The translations under genes and the position numbers were made by a program. A DNA stretch of 64,000 bases from contig JBAZFK010000005.1 in assembly GCA_041653395.1 (NCBI GenBank), forward strand, positions 93 to 64,092, written 5' to 3'. Of the stretch, positions 57,863-64,000 are shown piece after piece; the first letter of the stretch is position 1; the number at the start of each line of letters is the position of its first letter. The notes under the pieces were generated by a model that ran no database searches, was not told where the DNA came from, and saw nothing but the letters and a program-made list of their open reading frames with translations. Origin of the DNA: Candidatus Nanoarchaeia archaeon. GTDB lineage: Archaea > Nanobdellota > Nanobdellia > Tiddalikarchaeales > Tiddalikarchaeaceae.

Positions 57863-58445
57863 TGATTACCAAGATTATTTTAGTCTTCGCTTTATTTTTA
57901 GTGTGAAACCTGAACTGGTTTTTTAATAATAACTCATCCTGCTTAATCACTTCAACATTTTTTTCAGGGAATAATTTTTGCAAGATTTTCAAGCCGTCCC
58001 CTTTGTAAATAAGGTAGATAGTGTTAGATAACTTTGAGCATTTCATCAAGAACTCTTTGTCGCTGTCTTTAGTTTGCACGCCAAAAGGAGGGTTAGTGAT
58101 TAACACATCTGCTTTTCCGTTGTAGTCAAAAATGTTGGAGTTAACAACTTCAAAATTATTTAATTTTAATTCTCTAAGGGTTTCATTAGTTGCTTTAATT
58201 GCGCTAGGGTCAATGTCTATAAAGATTACTTTTTTAGCGCCAAGCATTAAAGCTCCAATTCCTAAAATGCCATTGCCGCATCCAGCGTCAATAATAGTCT
58301 TAGTAGTGAGGTCATCATTCATGTAAGCAGTCCATAATAAGTCAGCAGCAATGCTTGAAGGGGTAGTGTACTGCTCTAAGGAGGGTTTTTTATCAAGGAA
58401 ATCTTTAATGAATGATAATTTAATCTCCAACTCTTTCTTATTCAT
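57855..58445 (-). CDS. METTL5-like (archaeal rRNA m6A) methyltransferase
   Basis: LEQY.TP..IAA..L, DAGCG.G.L..G, NPPFG. Confidence 0.9.
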   Translation of the reverse strand: MNKKELEIKLSFIKDFLDKKPSLEQYTTPSSIAADLLWTAYMNDDLTTKTIIDAGCGNGILGIGALMLGAKKVIFIDIDPSAIKATNETLRELKLNNFEVVNSNIFDYNGKADVLITNPPFGVQTKDSDKEFLMKCSKLSNTIYLIYKGDGLKILQKLFPEKNVEVIKQDELLLKNQFRFHTKNKAKTKIILVIIK

Positions 58446-58897
58446 TTATTAAACCTTGCAACTATTCTTTCAATCTGGAAAGCGTAGTTGCTGAATGTGT
58501 CAAGATTAATCCTGAATTCATTCTCTTCAATGTGCAAAGTTTTAGGGAAAGTAGCCAAGTGCCAGTCAATGCTAAACTCTCCGTTTTCTTCAATCATTGA
58601 TTTAATAGTGTTAAGTGAGGCATTAACAGTAATATAGAAGTCAAAGATTAAGTTGTCGCTTAGTTCATTTATTGCTTTGATATAGTCAGCGTTTGAGTCG
58701 CATTGAGCTAATAATATTTCGTCGCTTCCTAGCTTCATTTTTTCCATTTTTTCATAGTTGAATTTGGATTTTTTCTTGTTAAATGCAAGTATTGTGAACT
58801 TGTTAGACATTAAATCAAGCACTTCCCATAAGAACTTGTTATAGTCCTTTTTTGAGTCCTGCTCAACTATTACTTCATTTCCGCTTATTTTAATCAT
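58442..58897 (-). CDS. Hypothetical protein
   Basis: 151 aa ORF coupled to gatE and the methyltransferase by overlaps. Confidence 0.6.
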   Translation of the reverse strand: MIKISGNEVIVEQDSKKDYNKFLWEVLDLMSNKFTILAFNKKKSKFNYEKMEKMKLGSDEILLAQCDSNADYIKAINELSDNLIFDFYITVNASLNTIKSMIEENGEFSIDWHLATFPKTLHIEENEFRINLDTFSNYAFQIERIVARFNK

Positions 58898-60677
58898 TTA
58901 TTCTCAACTCCTGTTTTACCACTTTGCTTATGAGTCCAGCATCAGCTTTTCCTCTTAATTGCTCTAGCGCTTTTTTCATTAGTATCCCAAAAGCGTTCTC
59001 ATTTTTAAGCAACTCTTTATTATTATCAATAATTGCTCTTATTTTTAACTTTAACTCTTTAGGGCTTAACTGCTTATATTCAGCAATTAAGCTTTTAATA
59101 TTCTCTTTTTTTAGCATTCTTTCAATGATTAATGGCAATGATTCTTTGCAGATTTTCTCCTCTTCAAGCAATTTGAACAAAAGTATCAGGTTTTCTTTGC
59201 CTATTTTCTCAGCAGGGTTCATCAGTATTATTGAAGCAGCAGTGGTATTGTCAGCATTAGTTTTGTCAATAATTAATTCATAAAGTGATAATTTGTCGCT
59301 TTTTAATAATTGGGAGCTTAATTCATCATTAAGCCCTGTTGATTTCAGCCAAGCATATTTTTCTTCAGGGGTTTTGCTGATATTAGCTATTATGTCAGCA
59401 ATCATTTCTTGCTGTATTCTTATTACTGGCACGTCAGTTTCAGGGTACATTCTTTGTCCGCTAGGCAAAGGCCTTAAGTAAGAATTAGTTGCGTCAGCAT
59501 GATTAGGAGCTCTCACTTCCTTTATTATCTCTTCAGATATTGCTTTTAAGAATTCCATTATTATTTTCTCGGCAGAGATTATTTTCTCGCTATTGGTTGA
59601 GATTAGGATAAAATTATCCTTGTCTTTGCATTCAAGCGCTTTAATGACGCTGTTAACTTCATTAATGCTGACTCCATAGTTTGGCAGCTCATCTTTATGA
59701 AGCAAGCCATTGATTGACAATCCCACTTTTAAGTGCTCAGCTATCTCTTTTCCGAAAGTTTTATCTTTTTGGATTTTAGTTCCTAAAATCCCTGAAGCGT
59801 TGCTTAATTTAAAGCCGTAAATTGTCTGGTTTTTTAAAAAATTGCAAGCAGTGTTTGAAAATACTTTGCTAACATCTTTATAGTCATTTAATTTCACTTT
59901 ATTTTTCTTTAATTCCTGCCTAATTTTTATCAAGTTTTCTTGCCTACTAATCTCATTTTCTATGAATTTAGGCATTAAGCTTAAGTCCTGAACACCCTTT
60001 ATTTCAACTCTTGCGCCTAAAGGTATTGAGACATTTACATCTTGGCGTATGCTTCCAATTCCTTTCACTATTTTTCCTGTGAATTTGGCAATCATTCCTA
60101 TTTTTTCAGCAACCTCCCTTGCATGCATAGGGTTTTTAATGTCAGGCTCAGTTGCTATCTCAATTAAGGGTATTCCTAATCTTTCCAGCGAAAAAGTGTT
60201 GTCATCAACTCTTTTAGCGCTGTCTTCTTCAATGCATAATGAGGCAATCCTCACTTTTCCTTGGCTTGTTTCAATCCATCCGTTAGTTGCGAGCAGCCCT
60301 GTTCTTTGAAAGCCTGCTACAGCGCTTCCGTCAATTATTAATTTTCTCATGATTTGCAGCTCATCAACAGGTTTCATGTTTAATAATATTGCAATTTCAA
60401 GCCCTGTTTTAAGGGAGTATTCATCTATTTCTCTTGGAGGCTCTTCATCAATGTCAACTAAGCAGGTGTTTTCATAAAAGCAATTATATTTAACAATCTT
60501 ATTTTTTTCCTCTTCTTTTTTTGCAGCTAGGTCAATGCTTCCAGTTTCTCCTTTGACAGCGTGCAGCTTCCTTTTTATAACATAATCTGGCTTGTTTTTA
60601 GTGTCATCCTGGCATGGGCATCTGCAGAATAATTTTGAGCTATTAACCTGCACATGCAGTTCTAGTCCGCATTTCAT
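58890..60677 (-). CDS. gatE: Glu-tRNA(Gln) amidotransferase subunit E
   Basis: CGLE.H.Q....KLFC.C, CLVD.DEEPP, MRK..IDGS...GFQRT, EED, RLGIPLIEIATEP, G.G.IRQD.NVSI, RMYPETD. Confidence 0.96.
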   Translation of the reverse strand: MKCGLELHVQVNSSKLFCRCPCQDDTKNKPDYVIKRKLHAVKGETGSIDLAAKKEEEKNKIVKYNCFYENTCLVDIDEEPPREIDEYSLKTGLEIAILLNMKPVDELQIMRKLIIDGSAVAGFQRTGLLATNGWIETSQGKVRIASLCIEEDSAKRVDDNTFSLERLGIPLIEIATEPDIKNPMHAREVAEKIGMIAKFTGKIVKGIGSIRQDVNVSIPLGARVEIKGVQDLSLMPKFIENEISRQENLIKIRQELKKNKVKLNDYKDVSKVFSNTACNFLKNQTIYGFKLSNASGILGTKIQKDKTFGKEIAEHLKVGLSINGLLHKDELPNYGVSINEVNSVIKALECKDKDNFILISTNSEKIISAEKIIMEFLKAISEEIIKEVRAPNHADATNSYLRPLPSGQRMYPETDVPVIRIQQEMIADIIANISKTPEEKYAWLKSTGLNDELSSQLLKSDKLSLYELIIDKTNADNTTAASIILMNPAEKIGKENLILLFKLLEEEKICKESLPLIIERMLKKENIKSLIAEYKQLSPKELKLKIRAIIDNNKELLKNENAFGILMKKALEQLRGKADAGLISKVVKQELRIND

Positions 60678-61999
60678 TTTACTAGCCTCTTTTTAATCTC
60701 TCCTTTAAGATTAGTGCCCATTAATTCCTTAATCTTTTTAGGGTGATTAGCTAGTAGCCATGCCATCTTAACAAATGCTGTTTCAGCAGTCATTGTTTCA
60801 CTGCTTATTACTCCATAATTCAATAAATCCCTTCCTGGGCTGTAAACATTCATGTTAACTCTTCCGTTAATTGTCTGAGAGCACATAGCAACAACGCATC
60901 CGCTGTCAATTAAGGCTTTAATCTCTTGCCTGATTAAATCATGCTCTTTAGTTAAGGAGTCAATCTCGCTTATGGGGCAATGGCCTAGCCCTGTTCCTTC
61001 AATGATTAAACCCTTATATTTTTTTTCTCTAAAAAATGCGAAATGATCACTAAACATGTTAGTGTGAATTTTTATAATAGCCACTTTTTCTTCCATTTTT
61101 GGCAATACTTCAAATTCAGCTCTCAGCTCTTTTTTGCTAGTGTATTCATTAAAAAAAGTGACGTCATCATCTAAATATTCAACTTTTGCAATCAAGTCGT
61201 CGTTTATTTGCTTGAAAGCATCCCTTTTGCTTGAATGAAGCTTTTTAGCATTAACTCCCCTTATTATTGAGCAGGCATCATCGCTGCTTGAATTATGCAT
61301 GCAGATTGCGACTCCGCAAAAATCAGTATTCCTTATGAACTTGGCTGCGCAGACAATGTTCATTTCAGCATCGCTGCTTGGCCGATCGCTGCTTCTTTGG
61401 GCGCCAACCAATAATACTGGCACAGGAATGTTGTTTAAGATAAATGATAATGCTGCGCTAGTATAAGCCATTGTGTCAGTGCCATGAGTAATTATTATTC
61501 CTTTGCTTCCTAGAGCAATCTCGGATTTTACAAACTCTGCCATTTTTTTATAGTGAGCAAACCTCATATCATCACTGAACATGTTTCCCATGAACAAGCT
61601 GTTAATTGGCCCGTATTTCATAAGCCCTGGAAACATTCCAATTAATTCATCAGGATTAAATCTAGACACCACACCTCCAGTTCTGTAATCCACTTTGCTC
61701 GCAATGGTTCCTCCAGTGTGCAGGATACTGATGAATCCCTTTTTTAATGCCATTTTTTTCGTTTTTTCTTCCTTAGGATTGGAGGCTTTTTTTACTAGCT
61801 TAATTTCATCAATGTTTTTTATATTGATTCCAATATTGTAACCATTGTCTAATTTAAGAATAATTGTCTCTTCTTTCAAATAATCAGGCCTGTTGATTAA
61901 TGTTCCATTGAAAGCTTCATTTCCTTTTTTAACCTCAATAATGTCAAGAATCCCTATTTTTTTCTTTTTCAACTGCTCCAAAACTTCCTTTGAATACAT
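60674..61999 (-). CDS. gatD: Glu-tRNA(Gln) amidotransferase subunit D
   Basis: LKLDNGYNIG, TGGTIASKVDYRTG, HGTDTM, GAQRSSDRPSSD, asparaginase fold. Confidence 0.96.
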   Translation of the reverse strand: MYSKEVLEQLKKKKIGILDIIEVKKGNEAFNGTLINRPDYLKEETIILKLDNGYNIGINIKNIDEIKLVKKASNPKEEKTKKMALKKGFISILHTGGTIASKVDYRTGGVVSRFNPDELIGMFPGLMKYGPINSLFMGNMFSDDMRFAHYKKMAEFVKSEIALGSKGIIITHGTDTMAYTSAALSFILNNIPVPVLLVGAQRSSDRPSSDAEMNIVCAAKFIRNTDFCGVAICMHNSSSDDACSIIRGVNAKKLHSSKRDAFKQINDDLIAKVEYLDDDVTFFNEYTSKKELRAEFEVLPKMEEKVAIIKIHTNMFSDHFAFFREKKYKGLIIEGTGLGHCPISEIDSLTKEHDLIRQEIKALIDSGCVVAMCSQTINGRVNMNVYSPGRDLLNYGVISSETMTAETAFVKMAWLLANHPKKIKELMGTNLKGEIKKRLVK

Positions 62000-62088
62000 A
62001 CTATTAGCAAATTTTCCAAGATTTTAATATCTTTTGGAAATTAGTTAATTACTAATTTATTTAAATAAGCAATTGATAAAAATGTTTA

Positions 62089-64000
62089 ATGAAAACTATC
62101 ACTCCAATAATTAGTGTTATCTTATTGGTCTTAATTACTATAGTTGCCAGCGTTTCAGCTTATTTTTTCATCAATTCCAGTGTTTTAAATCTAGAGTCTA
62201 GGGGTAATCTAGACAATTATCCTGGAGCTGACAACTCAAGGCTTAATTTAGTGAGCATAACAGGAAGCAAGGCAATTGTCAGGAATGACGGCTCCAGCCC
62301 AGTGAATGAGGTTATTGTTTTCATTAATGGCGAATTGTTCAACTACACTTTAGACTCTCCTCTTTTGCCGGGTGAGTTAAGGGAGATTGATTATTTTACT
62401 CAGGCTGCTGGTGAGGATTTGGATATAAAGCTTATTTATAACAGGGGAAAAATTGCCCAAGGAGTAAGCCCTGCTGACAAGAACACTCCAGCTTCAGGCT
62501 TTGACAGCACCCCAGATATTTTTTACGATGCTTGCGGAGCAGGAAACACAGTTGTTGATTGGAGTGATAAATTAATCTTTTCATTGCTTGATGATCTTAC
62601 CTGCGGATGCAATTCCAGTTTTGGCTCTAACTATTTAATTAATCCTGATTTTGAGCAAGGTTTGGACAATTGGACTGTTACTACTTATGGAGAAACTGTT
62701 GAAATAAGCACTGATACTGTTTTTTCTGGAACTAACTCTGTTTATATTGAAAATAACGCAGGAGATTTAGGGGTTCAGCCAGGAGTTTTTCAACTCGTTT
62801 CAGATGCAGGAAGTTTTGCTTTCAGAATAAATGGAACTAATGCTTCATCAGAGTCATTTATTGCTGCATTTTTTGACGGAGGAGAGCACGCAATTTATTA
62901 TGTAATATTAGGCAGTGATGATTTGACTGAAATGTGCAATACAACTCAAGGGGGTGGTGTTTTTGTTAAATGCTTAAGTGGTTATGCTGAGAATGTGTGG
63001 AATCTTGTTGAAGTGTTCCCTGAAAGCGATTACTTAGAACTTTTTAGTGCACAGCCTTCCCAGTATGTATTAGGATTTAGAATTGGAGGTTCGGGAAGCG
63101 CTTATTTTGACAGCGCAGGAGTTTACAATTCTAGCGAGGGAAAATATTGCGATTCCAGCAATACCAGAGGGGAAGCTGAAGGAGTATGCTATAATAACCA
63201 ATGCACTTCAACTTACTTAGGCGCCAGAACAAGCGCTTCAGAGTTCTTAACCAATGAAGACCAATCAGTTTCGTATGATTTAATTAATTTTAACAGTTCA
63301 GCAAGATGCATTCTTAATATAAACAGCCAAAATTATGAAATGAGTCTTTCAGCTTCAAGCGCGAGCTACAATTTTATCACTCCTTTAGGTAGAGGAGATT
63401 ATGTTGCAAACATTACATGCTTAAGTGCTATTAATATGAATAAAGAATACAATTACTCAGTTAATATTGTTAAAAATTATAAGACAATTGATTATAATTT
63501 AGGAAGCATTTTTGATTGGTATTATATCACTGGAATGGTTGGGGATTTTATTCCAGCCTCCAGCGGCAAGGAAATAATTATTCATGACAGAGATAATAGC
63601 TCTTATTTTATTTTTTCAAGCGAAGGAGATTACTTGGCAAACATTAGTTATCCCTCATATGATCCAATTTTTTCTTATCTTGCAGATTATGATCTTGACG
63701 GAAGCAACGAGCTAGTAACAAAAGATTATTATAGAATTTATATTTTTAATGAGTCTTTGCAAATGGAGTTGAATTTTTCTTCTCCTGGCACTAGGGGAGG
63801 GCTTGCAGTCTCTGATATTAATGAATCAGCTGGTTTAGAGATAATAAACTATTATTGCGGAGGAATAACTGCTTACAATAACACTGGGGGTTTAATTTGG
63901 GAGTTTTTCTCATACAACACTGAATGCCCGCAACTTTATTCAGGAATAGTCACTCCAGTAGTTGAAGATATTGATTTAAGCACTCCAGGTTTAGAAATAT
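62089..64000 (+). CDS. Pilin-anchored adhesin (partial, runs off window): class III leader, CBM-like domain, FG-GAP-like repeats
   Basis: Read manually: MKTITPIISVILLVLITIVASVSAYFFINSSVLNLESRGNLD..., NPDFEQG...W (CBM4/9-like), DYDLDGSNEL. 42 bp at 62149-62190 are identical to 11487-11528. No stop seen to 64000. Confidence 0.85.
   Translation, partial: MKTITPIISVILLVLITIVASVSAYFFINSSVLNLESRGNLDNYPGADNSRLNLVSITGSKAIVRNDGSSPVNEVIVFINGELFNYTLDSPLLPGELREIDYFTQAAGEDLDIKLIYNRGKIAQGVSPADKNTPASGFDSTPDIFYDACGAGNTVVDWSDKLIFSLLDDLTCGCNSSFGSNYLINPDFEQGLDNWTVTTYGETVEISTDTVFSGTNSVYIENNAGDLGVQPGVFQLVSDAGSFAFRINGTNASSESFIAAFFDGGEHAIYYVILGSDDLTEMCNTTQGGGVFVKCLSGYAENVWNLVEVFPESDYLELFSAQPSQYVLGFRIGGSGSAYFDSAGVYNSSEGKYCDSSNTRGEAEGVCYNNQCTSTYLGARTSASEFLTNEDQSVSYDLINFNSSARCILNINSQNYEMSLSASSASYNFITPLGRGDYVANITCLSAINMNKEYNYSVNIVKNYKTIDYNLGSIFDWYYITGMVGDFIPASSGKEIIIHDRDNSSYFIFSSEGDYLANISYPSYDPIFSYLADYDLDGSNELVTKDYYRIYIFNESLQMELNFSSPGTRGGLAVSDINESAGLEIINYYCGGITAYNNTGGLIWEFFSYNTECPQLYSGIVTPVVEDIDLSTPGLEI

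Noticed and set aside
131-60309. Many short antisense or overlapping ORFs in the track (e.g. 481-678, 747-1016, 11953-12231, 35542-37060, 58924-60309)
   Set aside because: They shadow well-supported genes and have no motifs; expected by chance in AT-rich coding DNA.
1-64000. CRISPR array or cas genes
   Set aside because: No regularly spaced identical repeats with unique spacers and no Cas motifs seen.

Overview
AT-rich archaeal chromosome segment, most likely a small-genome DPANN (Nanoarchaeota/Woesearchaeota-like) organism. This is inferred from the archaeal r-proteins, GatDE, an S14 with an N-terminal extension and class III pilin-like leaders. Layout: (1) 1-9.6 kb, the spc-type ribosomal operon (SUI1, Rpp29, S17 to L15, SecY, DUF106, L34e, L14e), with no adk or cmk at their usual positions. 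(2) 9.7-17.2 kb, pyrG, a pilin-anchored LamG adhesin plus a deleted sister gene, truB, a methyltransferase with an unannotated Trm112, and a large surface protein. (3) 17.2-39.9 kb, an island anchored at tRNA-Ser(UGA). It holds a ~15.9 kb tyrosine-integrase element (AAA ATPase, helicase, split TFB-like pair, membrane-tethered HNH, HEPN cargo), then two integrase-free modules (a caspase-fold protease trio and purN-purL-purQ). Each unit ends in a related ~125 bp right-end/att site, with covarying inverted arms around a copy of the tRNA 3' end at two of the three sites. (4) 40-62 kb, accessory and housekeeping genes (arsM, CcdA-thioredoxin, gcvH/CMD/lipoate-ligase-like, RecJ, dCMP deaminase, a giant pilin-FG-GAP-RCC1 adhesin with an orphan module, gatE, gatD). 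(5) 62.1-64 kb, another pilin-anchored adhesin running off the end. Best candidates for novelty: the tRNA-anchored, integron-like att/cassette array, the caspase-like three-gene module, the split TFB mimic and the modular CCGDD-hinged adhesin family. All homology calls are by eye; no searches were run.
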